Assembly (NCBI GenBank): GCA_002478565.1
Contig: DLPC01000016.1
Coordinates: forward strand, 11,700-75,699
Length of the DNA stretch: 64,000 nucleotides
Reading direction: 5' to 3'
Origin: Flavobacteriales bacterium UBA7468
GTDB lineage: Bacteria; Bacteroidota; Bacteroidia; Flavobacteriales_D; Crocinitomicaceae
This document shows positions 48,523 through 57,538 of this stretch, in pieces. Numbering within the stretch: position 1 is the first letter of the stretch; the number at the start of each line of letters is the position of its first letter. The notes under the pieces were generated by a model. That model ran no database searches, was not told where the DNA came from, and saw only the letters and a list, made by a program, of their open reading frames with translations. A program made the position numbers and the translations under genes.

Positions 48523-48873
48523 ATGAAAGCATTTCTATTAATAGCTTTTCTCTTCACTACACAAATTCTTGTAGCGCAGAAAGCAACGAAGCGTCAAACA
48601 ATAACAATCAAAACACCGAATACGTGTAGCCATTGCAAAGTATGCGAAACGTGTGGTGGAAAACTGGAAGGAGATTTAGTATTTGTCAAAGGAATCCAAT
48701 TGGTAACATATAACGAAGCTGATCAAACCACAACTGTAGTTTACTGGGCTAAGAAAATAACGCCCGAAGAAATCCGTAAAGAAATTTCATTGCGTGGTTT
48801 TGATGCTGATTATGTAAAAGCTGATCCTAATGGTTACAAGGAACGTGATGGATGCTGTAAAGGGGAAGAGTAA
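48523..48873 (+). CDS. secreted heavy-metal-associated (HMA-like) Cys-rich protein
   Basis: 116-aa ORF with a signal peptide. CSHCKVCETCGG is followed by an HMA-like beta-alpha-beta layout, with a C-terminal DGCCKGEE. Confidence 0.55.
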   Translation: MKAFLLIAFLFTTQILVAQKATKRQTITIKTPNTCSHCKVCETCGGKLEGDLVFVKGIQLVTYNEADQTTTVVYWAKKITPEEIRKEISLRGFDADYVKADPNGYKERDGCCKGEE

Positions 48874-48951
48874 GTATGTAATGTTAGACGTATGAAGATA
48901 CATGTTTTCATCCCACAAGGTTTGCGAAAATAAGTAATAAAAGAGCATGAG

Positions 48952-49260
48952 TTGTCAAAACAAGCTGAACGTAACAATGATTTACATAAAGCTTGGTGGC
49001 ATTTAGAGCGTGCTCATATACTTGGTCAAGCTTGGCCAATAGATCACACACGAACGCATTGGCGAATGCTTCTTTTTGCATTCCGCAGAAATAATTTAAA
49101 GGAAATAATCGGACAGTTTTCAAGATTGCTTGTAGGTGGAATAAAGTCTTTCCTCGGTGAAATACCTGTTGGTAATAGGGGGGGTGCAAACGTTCCACCA
49201 TTGAAGCCAATGGAGATTCCAAAGGATTTAAAAGCCATTTTAGATTTATATCCTCGGTAA
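48952..49260 (+). CDS. DUF3703 domain-containing protein
   Basis: 102-aa ORF. WWHLERAHILGQ...HTRTHWRML matches the DUF3703 pattern often found in metal-resistance islands. I prefer it over the antisense ORF 48908..49267. Confidence 0.65.
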   Translation: MSKQAERNNDLHKAWWHLERAHILGQAWPIDHTRTHWRMLLFAFRRNNLKEIIGQFSRLLVGGIKSFLGEIPVGNRGGANVPPLKPMEIPKDLKAILDLYPR

Positions 49261-49358
49261 GGATCATAAGCTGAGAAAGTAACTTGATTACGGTTCACTT
49301 TGTTATACTTTCTAACGAATCAAGTTCTAATACACGGTCTAAATCTTCTATCAAAAAG

Positions 49359-49914
49359 TTAGAAGTTTCCCCGCTCGAGGTCACCAATAGAATACGTTAG
49401 CTCAGCGTTGTTTAAGTAAAAAATAATTTTGTTCAGGTCCCAAATTTTGTTTTTTTCTCGATAAGTTTTGAAATTATACAAAAAGGCTTTTGGTATAATA
49501 TTTTCGGATCGATACCATTGGTTATTAATTGCCATAAAGGCATTATATTTTTTCGATGTTTTTTTTTTCTTGGCTGTAGTAAACAGAGATTTCACCTTTA
49601 ATTTCTTTAGGATTCCAATAATCACCATAATGTTCCTCACTAACAACAACTTCTAACTTCCAGTACTTGTTTTCAATTCGTTCAAGTATTTTATCAGTGG
49701 AAACCTCTCCACCTTTGAAGGTAAGTGATTTTGCTGCATAAATATTTTTGATAGCGCCAATCTGACCCCAATTCTCGTCATTTGTTGTTTTTGTAACTGC
49801 AGGCATGAGTCCAAAGCCAGTATGAACCTTTCTCACATCACCTAATATTGGTGCTTTAAATGCTCTTTCAAGTGAGCAGTTGTATTTGGTTTGAACGTGA
49901 ATTTTAAAATCCAT
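49359..49914 (-). pseudogene. hypothetical protein split by a frameshift at an A10 tract
   Basis: ORFs 49543..49914 and 49359..49649 overlap in frames offset by one nucleotide. The switch point is the homopolymer at 49559-49568 (T10 on the plus strand). Losing one A would give one ~180-aa product. Confidence 0.5.
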
Positions 49915-49928
49915 AATACCATTTAGTT

Positions 49929-50924
49929 TTAATGTTCAATCAGTAACCACCCGCCGTTAGCAAGACTTACGATGAGTTGCTTGTTGATGACGATCATGCT
50001 GAGGCAATTTTGTTCGGAGATTTTCTTCCAGGTAATGCCTCCGTTTTTACTGACATCGATGCCGTTTGTGCCGCAAGCAAAATACTTGTCGTTTGCGTAA
50101 ATCACGCAAGAACGATAGCCTGAAGGACCTTTCTTGGGTGCTTTCCAAGTTTTGCCTCCGTCTGTAGTATAGTAGCAATTGAGCTCTCCGTTATTGGGCT
50201 CCAAATAATTACCCCCGACAGTCATGATTTCAAGTTCATTTTTAAGCGCCATGGCATAGGGGCCGCAAGTTGGGCAGGATGGGTATGGGATGGCGTGTTG
50301 CGTCCAAGAATCTCCTAGATTCGTGGATTGAAATAACCTTGAAGACAGACCGCCAGAAACAAAATAGAAATTCCCGTTCAGCATTTGATTGGTTTGACCA
50401 CTAGCCGCATAAGCGGCCTCGCCCTCTATGGCAGAGACGCTACCGGGAGTTGGCTCCCAATGGTTGCCACCGTCTAAAGATCTAAAAGTACAAAACGAAC
50501 CGTTGACAGGGTCTCCGATTAAAAAGAGTGTGTTATTTTCTGAAGCAATACCGTCAAAAAATATCGGTTTGCCTTGCCAATTCAGGTTTATTTTTTCAAC
50601 TGCTTTGTTTTGAAGGGAAATGCGATATAGCGAGCTGCTGTCATTGCTTTGCATGGCGAACAGCTTGCCCGCGCAAAAAGCGAGGTCACGGATTTCTTGC
50701 GCAGATGTCCCGAGTGCAATTGTATTTAAAACATGTAAACTAGGGTCTAAAATGCGAATATTCGCCAAATTTGAGCCTATTGCTAACTGATCATTTGGTA
50801 AGCCAAGTACAGCGCGTTCGTGTTCCTTTTTATTGGCTTTGTTGCGTGGAATAAAGGCGGTATGCTGAGCATAAGCGGATTCAATAAAGATGAAAACAAA
50901 AAATAGGCTGAGGTATTTAATCAT
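49929..50924 (-). CDS. BNR/Asp-box repeat protein (Ycf48/sialidase-like beta-propeller), secreted
   Basis: 331-aa ORF with a signal peptide and four Asp-box-like motifs (SLDGGNHW, STNLGDSW, TTDGGKTW, SKNGGITW). Confidence 0.7.
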   Translation of the reverse strand: MIKYLSLFFVFIFIESAYAQHTAFIPRNKANKKEHERAVLGLPNDQLAIGSNLANIRILDPSLHVLNTIALGTSAQEIRDLAFCAGKLFAMQSNDSSSLYRISLQNKAVEKINLNWQGKPIFFDGIASENNTLFLIGDPVNGSFCTFRSLDGGNHWEPTPGSVSAIEGEAAYAASGQTNQMLNGNFYFVSGGLSSRLFQSTNLGDSWTQHAIPYPSCPTCGPYAMALKNELEIMTVGGNYLEPNNGELNCYYTTDGGKTWKAPKKGPSGYRSCVIYANDKYFACGTNGIDVSKNGGITWKKISEQNCLSMIVINKQLIVSLANGGWLLIEH

Positions 50925-50941
50925 AGTATTCTAATCTCAAA

Positions 50942-51853
50942 CTAACTTCTGAATTTTGCATGAAAGTCTGCTCTGGCTTGTTCCATGATTTGCTTTAGGT
51001 CCGTTGGTTTTTGTCGTTTCCAACGTTTATGCGACCACAACCACCGACTAGGCTCATGATGAATTGATTCAGTGAGAAGTGCGAGGTGTTTTTCAGTGAT
51101 AGCGCCGTAATTTTCCTCTTTAGCCTCTTTAGTAATTACTTTAAGTGAAACTTTATAATGTCCTGTTTTGATGATTTTTACACTTGCGTAAACAACTGCG
51201 CAGTCATAACGATTGGCCAAATATTCAGGACCAAAAATTACTGGTGTTTCTTGACCAAGAAACGGCGTCCAGTATGCCTTTTTAGCATCTGCTGGGGCTT
51301 GGTCAGCTAGTACGAGAACAACGGTGTCTTGTTGCTTGAAAATATGTTGATAGTTTGCAGCATGCACGACTTTTAAACCAAAGCGCTCTCGTTTTTCAGT
51401 GAGCTTTTTGTCCCAAAATGCTGCGCTCAGTGGCATGCCAATGCCGTAAGTAGGGCGTTTGAACCATAGGCCCATGGCCGAAATGAGCCATTCCCAATTA
51501 TTAAAGTGGCTAGAAACTAAAATAATTGGTTTTTGTATGGCTTCGATTTGAGCAAGTTCTTCGGGATTTTCAAGGACGATTCTCTCTAATAGCTCCTTCT
51601 TGGAAAAACGAAAATTCTTAACGGATTCAAGGATCAATTCTGCTAAAAAGCGGTAGTATTTTTTGGTAAGTCCTTTTATTTCTTTGTCGTTTAAGTGAGT
51701 AAAGGCCGTGCGGAGGTTTTGAATAATGACTTTTTTGCGGTAAGGAATGAGGTAGCAAAATGTAAGGTAGATAATAGGAGAAATGCCGTATAAAACCCTC
51801 AGCGGAAAAAGCGAAAGTGGTGCGACCACCAAATAGTAGAGTAGGGCGCCCAT
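50942..51853 (-). CDS. lipid A biosynthesis (LpxL/HtrB-family) acyltransferase
   Basis: 303-aa ORF with an N-terminal TM and the HX4E acyltransferase motif SSHFNNWEW. Confidence 0.75.
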   Translation of the reverse strand: MGALLYYLVVAPLSLFPLRVLYGISPIIYLTFCYLIPYRKKVIIQNLRTAFTHLNDKEIKGLTKKYYRFLAELILESVKNFRFSKKELLERIVLENPEELAQIEAIQKPIILVSSHFNNWEWLISAMGLWFKRPTYGIGMPLSAAFWDKKLTEKRERFGLKVVHAANYQHIFKQQDTVVLVLADQAPADAKKAYWTPFLGQETPVIFGPEYLANRYDCAVVYASVKIIKTGHYKVSLKVITKEAKEENYGAITEKHLALLTESIHHEPSRWLWSHKRWKRQKPTDLKQIMEQARADFHAKFRS

Positions 51854-53130
51854 TAGAATTGATATTTATCTTTCCACCAAGTTTTGATTTGCTTGGCAAG
51901 TTCTTGTTCTTTTGAGCTGCTTCCTGGCTTTATGAAATTGGTACCGATGATTTCTTGAGGTAAAAATTCTTGCTCGTAGAAATTTCCGGGGTAGTCATGG
52001 CTATATTGATAACCCTCGCCATAACCCAATTCTTTCATCAGCTGAGTCGGAGAATTGCGCAAGGCAACCGGCACGGGTAAATCCCCGGTTTTTTGCACCA
52101 TAGCTTGTGCTTGGTTGATGGCCATATAGGCTGCATTCCCTTTGGGTGAACTAGCCAAATAAATGGCACATTCACTAAGTATGATCCTAGATTCTGGCCA
52201 TCCGACGTTTTTGACGGCCTCAAAACAGGTGTTGGCCATTAAAAGTGCATTTGGATTGGCCAAACCAATATCTTCAGCGGCTAAAATCAAGAGCCTTCGT
52301 GCAATAAATTTAGGATCCTCGCCACCTTCGACCATACGCGCAAGCCAATAGACTGCTGCATTTGGGTCCGAGCCTCTGACAGACTTGATAAAAGCCGAGA
52401 TGATGTCGTAGTGTTGTTCACCGTCTTTGTCGTAGCGTGCTAAACTTTGCTGTGCATTTTGTAAAACAACCTCGTCTGTGATTTCAATTTGTTCTTGGTC
52501 CTTGAAAGTTCCGACAATAATTTCAAAGACATTGAGTAGTTTGCGGGCATCTCCACCTGAAATTCTTAGCAGGGCATTGGTCTGCGACAGCTTTATTTTT
52601 TTGCGCTGTAAGAGGGTGTCTTCAAGAATGGCTCTGTTGAGCAAGGCAAGGAGATCTTCTTGGCTGTGTTGCTCTAGTGTGTAAACTTGGCATCTCGATA
52701 ACAGTGCCGAAATCACTTCAAAAGACGGATTTTCGGTGGTGGCGCCAATCAATGTAATGATTCCTTTTTCTACTGCACCCAATAAGGAATCTTGTTGCGC
52801 TTTGGAAAAGCGATGAATTTCATCGATAAACAAAATAGAACCTTTGGGCTGAAACATACCGCCGCCTTGAACTTGCGCGATAACGTCTCTCACATCTTTG
52901 ACGCCAGATGAAATGGCTGAAAGCGTATGGATGGGGCGCCCTAAATGCTGAGCGATGAGTGTTGCAAGTGTTGTTTTTCCGACACCAGGTGGCCCCCAAA
53001 AAATCATAGAAGGAATCACTCGGGCTTCAATGGCCCTGCGCAGAGCGGCATCTTGACCTAGCAAATGACGTTGGCCAATGTAGTGGTCCAAAGTTTTTGG
53101 CCGCATGCGTTCAGCTAAAGGAGCATTCAT
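51853..53130 (-). CDS. rarA: replication-associated recombination protein A
   Basis: 425-aa ORF starting MNAPLAERMRPKTLDHYIGQ, with Walker A GPPGVGKTT and a MgsA C-terminal domain. Confidence 0.95.
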   Translation of the reverse strand: MNAPLAERMRPKTLDHYIGQRHLLGQDAALRRAIEARVIPSMIFWGPPGVGKTTLATLIAQHLGRPIHTLSAISSGVKDVRDVIAQVQGGGMFQPKGSILFIDEIHRFSKAQQDSLLGAVEKGIITLIGATTENPSFEVISALLSRCQVYTLEQHSQEDLLALLNRAILEDTLLQRKKIKLSQTNALLRISGGDARKLLNVFEIIVGTFKDQEQIEITDEVVLQNAQQSLARYDKDGEQHYDIISAFIKSVRGSDPNAAVYWLARMVEGGEDPKFIARRLLILAAEDIGLANPNALLMANTCFEAVKNVGWPESRIILSECAIYLASSPKGNAAYMAINQAQAMVQKTGDLPVPVALRNSPTQLMKELGYGEGYQYSHDYPGNFYEQEFLPQEIIGTNFIKPGSSSKEQELAKQIKTWWKDKYQF

Positions 53131-53183
53131 TACTCAAAGATAAGCAAACTAATTTTAGTATCTTCGTGGCAAAACACGATTCA

Positions 53184-54320
53184 ATGAATGTTTACCTCGA
53201 CAACGCAGCCACTACACCTGTAGCACCAGAAGTAGTGGAGGCAATGGTTCCGGTTCTTTTACAAACTTTTGGCAATCCATCTTCAACGCACGCTTTTGGC
53301 CGTCAGGCGAAGGCGCTACTCGAAAATTCTAGAAGAAAAATCGCGCAATATTTAAATTGTTCTCCTTCTGAACTCATTTTTACATCAGGTGGTACCGAAG
53401 CTGACAACATGGCTTTGCATGCTGCAGTGACACAACTCGGCGTAAAGCGCATCATCACTTCTGCAGCCGAACACCATGCAGTGGGGCACACTGCCGATGC
53501 CTTAAAAGACCACGAACAAATCGAAGTTGTTCACTTGAAACTCGATGCAAAGGGAAATATAAATATAAAAGAGCTCGAAGCATTGTTGCAGGGCCCACAA
53601 AAAACCATTGTATCCTTGATGCATGCCAATAATGAAATTGCCACGTTGTTGCCTTTAGAACAGGTAGCAAAATTGTGCAGACAATACGGAGCACTTTTTC
53701 ATTCGGATACGGTTCAAACGATGGGGCATTATGCCTTTGATTTAAAAACCCTAGATATTGACTTCATCACCTGTGCAGCACACAAATTCCATGGGCCCAA
53801 GGGCATTGGTTTCTTGTATGTCAACAAACAAACGAAAGTCAATCCATTAATTCATGGTGGTTCTCAAGAAAGAGGGCTGCGAGGTGGAACCGAAAATATC
53901 GCTGGTATTGTTGGTTTAGCAAAAGCCATGGAATTGGCCTACACTGATTTAGAAGCGCACCAAAAACATGTTTACGATTTAAAAACATACATGATCGAGC
54001 GCTTACAGGTGCTGTTTGCAGATGTCCGCTTCCATGGAGAAACTGCTTACGATCATGCGCTTTATACCGTCTTGAATGTCTGCTTGCCAGCTACTCCAAA
54101 AGCAGGTCTACTGCTATTTACACTTGATTTAAAAGGTGTTGCCGTGAGTGGAGGCTCAGCCTGTACGTCCGGAGCTACCAAAGGATCCCATGTGCTTGAA
54201 GCCATCGGTGCTGACATGAGTAGACCTAATGCGCGTTTTTCTTTTTCTCGCTACACAACGCGTGAAGAAATTGATTATGCACTCGAGCAACTAGAGGCAG
54301 TTTATCAAAAAAATCTGTAA
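53184..54320 (+). CDS. cysteine desulfurase (class V aminotransferase, NifS/IscS-like)
   Basis: ATG at 53184 (MNVYLDNAATTP). PLP-lysine block CAAHKFHGPKG and active-site Cys block SGGSACTSG are present. Confidence 0.85.
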   Translation: MNVYLDNAATTPVAPEVVEAMVPVLLQTFGNPSSTHAFGRQAKALLENSRRKIAQYLNCSPSELIFTSGGTEADNMALHAAVTQLGVKRIITSAAEHHAVGHTADALKDHEQIEVVHLKLDAKGNINIKELEALLQGPQKTIVSLMHANNEIATLLPLEQVAKLCRQYGALFHSDTVQTMGHYAFDLKTLDIDFITCAAHKFHGPKGIGFLYVNKQTKVNPLIHGGSQERGLRGGTENIAGIVGLAKAMELAYTDLEAHQKHVYDLKTYMIERLQVLFADVRFHGETAYDHALYTVLNVCLPATPKAGLLLFTLDLKGVAVSGGSACTSGATKGSHVLEAIGADMSRPNARFSFSRYTTREEIDYALEQLEAVYQKNL

Positions 54321-54329
54321 ATTCATCAC

Positions 54330-55481
54330 ATGCAGCAGCGCCCGAAAGTTCTTTGTCTCTCGAGTTGGTATCCCAATCAATTGAAACCTACTGAAGGAAA
54401 TTTTGTAGCGCAGCATCTGAAAGTCGCCAATACAGTGGCAGATCTTGCTATGTTGCACGTAGTGCTTTCCGATCAACACCAATCTTTGACCATCGAAGAA
54501 AAACAAGCACCTTATTACGAGAAAATCATATACCTTCCTCGTAACAAGATGTTATTGGTGGGTAAACTAATTTCTTACTTTCAAGTACTGCTCACGTATT
54601 GGAAACATGCCAAGCAAACACCAATTGGAAAGCCTGATCTGATACATGCCGCTGTTTTGTATCCGATTGGAGTGGTGGGGCTTTTGTTAAAATGGAGATT
54701 TAGAATCCCTTTATTGTTTACTGAACACTGGACTTGCTATCATGCCTACACCAAACCACAACCTAGTGCCTGGCAGCGTTTGATGCTCAAATTCATTGGC
54801 AACAGAAGTCAATTGATAATGCCTGTTTCGTTGGATCTAGCTGTTGCGATGCAAGAATTTGGTATCAATACGCCAACTAAGGTCATAGCCAATGTAATCG
54901 ACACAGATCTTTTTGTTCCACAAGCCCAAAGGCCGCATCAAAATTTTCGTTTTGTCCATATTTCTTCCCTAGATCCTATTCAAAAAAACTTCCATTTGTT
55001 GGTCAATGCTTTCTATGAGCTCAAAAAACAGCAACAAAATATTGAATTACATGTGGTTTCAGACGGTGACTTTTCAGTTTATCAGCAAATCATTGCAGGA
55101 TTTGATTTTGCTCAGTCTATCCACTTTCATGGACCACAAGATGCGCAAGGTGTAGCTGCCTTGCTTCAATTTGCAGATGCTTTTGTGTTGAGTAGTCGCT
55201 ACGAAAACCTCCCTTGCGTCTTGCTTGAAGCACTTTCTTGCGGTACTCCTATGATTGCAACGAACGTAGGTGGTGTCGCTGAAATATTACATGCTAAAAA
55301 CGGTATCCTGATTCCTTCAGAGGACAAAGCTGCGTTAGTTGAGGCGATGAAAGCTATTCAAGAACATCATTTTGATGCAGCAGCCATGCATCAAGAGGCG
55401 ATCCATAAATATAGCTCAGCTGCAATTGCAGCTCAGTTTGAAGAAGCTTATACCCAAGTGCTCAAGCCAAATGCTTCGTAA
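54330..55481 (+). CDS. glycosyltransferase family 4
   Basis: 383-aa ORF with a GT-B fold and the C-terminal EX7E-type block LEALSCGTPMIATNVGGVAEIL. Confidence 0.8.
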   Translation: MQQRPKVLCLSSWYPNQLKPTEGNFVAQHLKVANTVADLAMLHVVLSDQHQSLTIEEKQAPYYEKIIYLPRNKMLLVGKLISYFQVLLTYWKHAKQTPIGKPDLIHAAVLYPIGVVGLLLKWRFRIPLLFTEHWTCYHAYTKPQPSAWQRLMLKFIGNRSQLIMPVSLDLAVAMQEFGINTPTKVIANVIDTDLFVPQAQRPHQNFRFVHISSLDPIQKNFHLLVNAFYELKKQQQNIELHVVSDGDFSVYQQIIAGFDFAQSIHFHGPQDAQGVAALLQFADAFVLSSRYENLPCVLLEALSCGTPMIATNVGGVAEILHAKNGILIPSEDKAALVEAMKAIQEHHFDAAAMHQEAIHKYSSAAIAAQFEEAYTQVLKPNAS

Positions 55482-56736
55482 AATCCTTGCCAATTTTGGA
55501 GTGCGCGTTGGGTCTGCAGTACTCAACCTTATTTTAGCCATTTTATTTTCACAGATATTAGGGCCAGAAGGAAAAGGTCAGCAAAGTTTATTGCTCACTA
55601 CCATCGCCATTATCATCATTTTTGAGGGTTTTGTTGGAGGTGCAGCTTTGGTTTATCTATCGTCAAGGGTTTCTTGGTTTCGTTTGCTTGTCGCTTCTAA
55701 CGTCTGGATTGTTTTTGTTTGCCTTGGAGCTTATCAACTCCTGATGCATCAATTTGATTTTCAAAGTAGTGCTGCCTTACACATTGTCATGCTTAGTGCT
55801 ATTAGCGCCATAACATCGGTCAATAGTTCGCTTTTGTTAGGCAAACAGCAGCTCAAGGCCTATAATGTCATACAGCTAATTGTGCCAATGGTGACACTGG
55901 TTGTTGCTCTTGTTCAAGTTCGTATTTGGCATACCATTTATTATCAAGATGCGCTCTATGTTGCTTACGGAACAGCTTTGTTCATGAGTCTTTTTTACTT
56001 AATAAAAGCATGGGCCAAGCAAGAACAGCAAAATTCTTGGGCAGATGTTTGGCGGCAAATACTCTCTTTGGGCTTGATCAATCAACTCGCACATGTTTTG
56101 CAGTTGTTGAGTTTCCGACTCACTTTTTATATGTTAGAGCAACAAGGAGAGCAAGCAGGAGTGGGTGTCATGTCTAACGCAAGTTCTATTACTGAATCGA
56201 TCTGGTTAGTGGCCTCAAGTATATCGCTTTGGCAATATGCAGTCATTTCCAATTCTTCAGATATAGTATATAATCAGCAAATTACGGAGAAATTGGCGCG
56301 TTTCGGTATGTTGGTTTCTTTGGTGGTGCTTGCTGTCTTTTTACTCTTGCCGGGCTCTTTTTATGGCTTTGTATTTGGCCCGTCTTTTGTTGGAATCCGA
56401 TCTTTAATGCTTGCCTTGGCTCCAGGTGTTTGGGTGTTTACGTATGCACTCATCGTAGGGCATTATTTTTCGGGAATGGGTAAATATGGGGTCAACGCTC
56501 TTGCTTCAGCAATTGGGCTAGTTGTTTGCTACGCTAGTGCGCATTATCTGATACCAAACTATGCTGCACTCGGAGCTGGTTTATCTATGAGCGCCTCCTA
56601 TATCGTTACGAGTTTGGTAGTGGCCTATTTTTTCCTAAATGCAGGCGGAAAGCTTCATGTTTTTCCACAGTTATCCGAAATAAAAATACTCATCGAACGT
56701 TTAGGGCGTTCAGTAAAAAGTCGCACGCATGTCTAA
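55471..56736 (+). CDS. polysaccharide biosynthesis protein / Wzx-like flippase (MOP superfamily)
   Basis: ATG at 55471 (MLRKILANFGVRVG). 421 aa, hydrophobic throughout with about 12 predicted helices. Confidence 0.6.
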   Translation: MLRKILANFGVRVGSAVLNLILAILFSQILGPEGKGQQSLLLTTIAIIIIFEGFVGGAALVYLSSRVSWFRLLVASNVWIVFVCLGAYQLLMHQFDFQSSAALHIVMLSAISAITSVNSSLLLGKQQLKAYNVIQLIVPMVTLVVALVQVRIWHTIYYQDALYVAYGTALFMSLFYLIKAWAKQEQQNSWADVWRQILSLGLINQLAHVLQLLSFRLTFYMLEQQGEQAGVGVMSNASSITESIWLVASSISLWQYAVISNSSDIVYNQQITEKLARFGMLVSLVVLAVFLLLPGSFYGFVFGPSFVGIRSLMLALAPGVWVFTYALIVGHYFSGMGKYGVNALASAIGLVVCYASAHYLIPNYAALGAGLSMSASYIVTSLVVAYFFLNAGGKLHVFPQLSEIKILIERLGRSVKSRTHV

Positions 56737-57538
56737 AGTAATTAAATTGCTCCACGGCCTTTGGCTCTTGGTTCGAAAACCATATCTCATCAATTTGATT
56801 CTCAAAGATGAACAAGAGCTCGAAGCTGCTTTTTTGAAACGTTTTGCTCAGATAAAATTGCAACAGATTGATGTTTTTGAATGGCCAGAAGCACAACACC
56901 TAGAGGTGAAACCTTATTCTTTTCTTTCAGGTTCTTCTTTAGTGACTGATTTTGCATTGCTGCAATTGGTCTGTCGTAAATATCAGGTTCAAACTTATTT
57001 TGAGATTGGAACATGGCGAGGAGAAAGTGCGGCAAATGTGGCACCATACGTTCAAAATGTATACACGCTTAATTTATCTGCAACTCAATTACAACAATTG
57101 GGTGCTTCGGATGCTTATATTGCTGCGCACCGAACTTTTTCTAAAAAAATAACCAATATTCAGCATTTGGAAGGTGATTCGGCAAACTTTGATTTGAGTC
57201 CGTATCTGGCTAGCTGCGATTGCATTTTTATAGACGGTGATCACTCCTATGAAGCAGTCAAGCGCGATACACAACGCATGCTAAGCCTTCGAAGAGACGA
57301 ACAAAGTATCTTAATTTGGCACGATGCAAAATCAGACACGGAATATCCGCGTTTTGAGGTGCTCAGAGGGATTTACGAAGGATTGCCTGCACACATGCAC
57401 CAACATGTCTATTTAGTCAAACATACATTGTGTGCCATCTATTTGCCAGGAGGTCACACAAGCCAAGCACAGGCCTTACACGAAACGCCGAACAAATCAT
57501 TTTCGCTTACGCTGAAGCAGGAAGTTTTCCAAGCTTAA
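56729..57538 (+). CDS. class I SAM-dependent methyltransferase
   Basis: 269-aa ORF with FEIGTWRGESA (motif I) and IFIDGDHSYEAV, typical of the O-methyltransferase family 3-like group found in glycan clusters. Confidence 0.6.
   Translation: MSKVIKLLHGLWLLVRKPYLINLILKDEQELEAAFLKRFAQIKLQQIDVFEWPEAQHLEVKPYSFLSGSSLVTDFALLQLVCRKYQVQTYFEIGTWRGESAANVAPYVQNVYTLNLSATQLQQLGASDAYIAAHRTFSKKITNIQHLEGDSANFDLSPYLASCDCIFIDGDHSYEAVKRDTQRMLSLRRDEQSILIWHDAKSDTEYPRFEVLRGIYEGLPAHMHQHVYLVKHTLCAIYLPGGHTSQAQALHETPNKSFSLTLKQEVFQA

Larger units (their letters stand above)
34900..49300. mobile_element. tRNA-Ala-adjacent genomic island (integrase, orphan genes, IS21 remnant, heavy-metal resistance cargo)
   Basis: Housekeeping genes flank it (yajC and the tRNA on the left; BNR protein, lpxL-like and rarA on the right). 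Inside are a tyrosine integrase, DUF4248, recombinase and IS fragments and a czc/P1B-ATPase module. Base composition changes visibly. The right boundary is approximate because no att repeat was found by eye. Confidence 0.6.

Noticed and set aside
48908-49267. 119-aa minus-strand ORF
   Set aside because: It is the antisense shadow of the plus-strand ORF 48952..49260. That ORF carries a recognisable DUF3703-like pattern and fits the operon direction.
49343-49349. ATCTTCT matching the tRNA-Ala 3' acceptor region, as a possible right-hand att remnant
   Set aside because: Only 7 nt are identical and the flanks diverge immediately. This is well within chance expectation for AT-rich DNA.
57507-57538. 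32-nt convergent 3' overlap of the methyltransferase and the asnB-like gene, as a possible antisense regulatory arrangement
   Set aside because: Convergent tail overlaps of this size are common in compact genomes. Nothing in the sequence, such as a structure or repeat, singles it out. It is mentioned only within the cluster finding.
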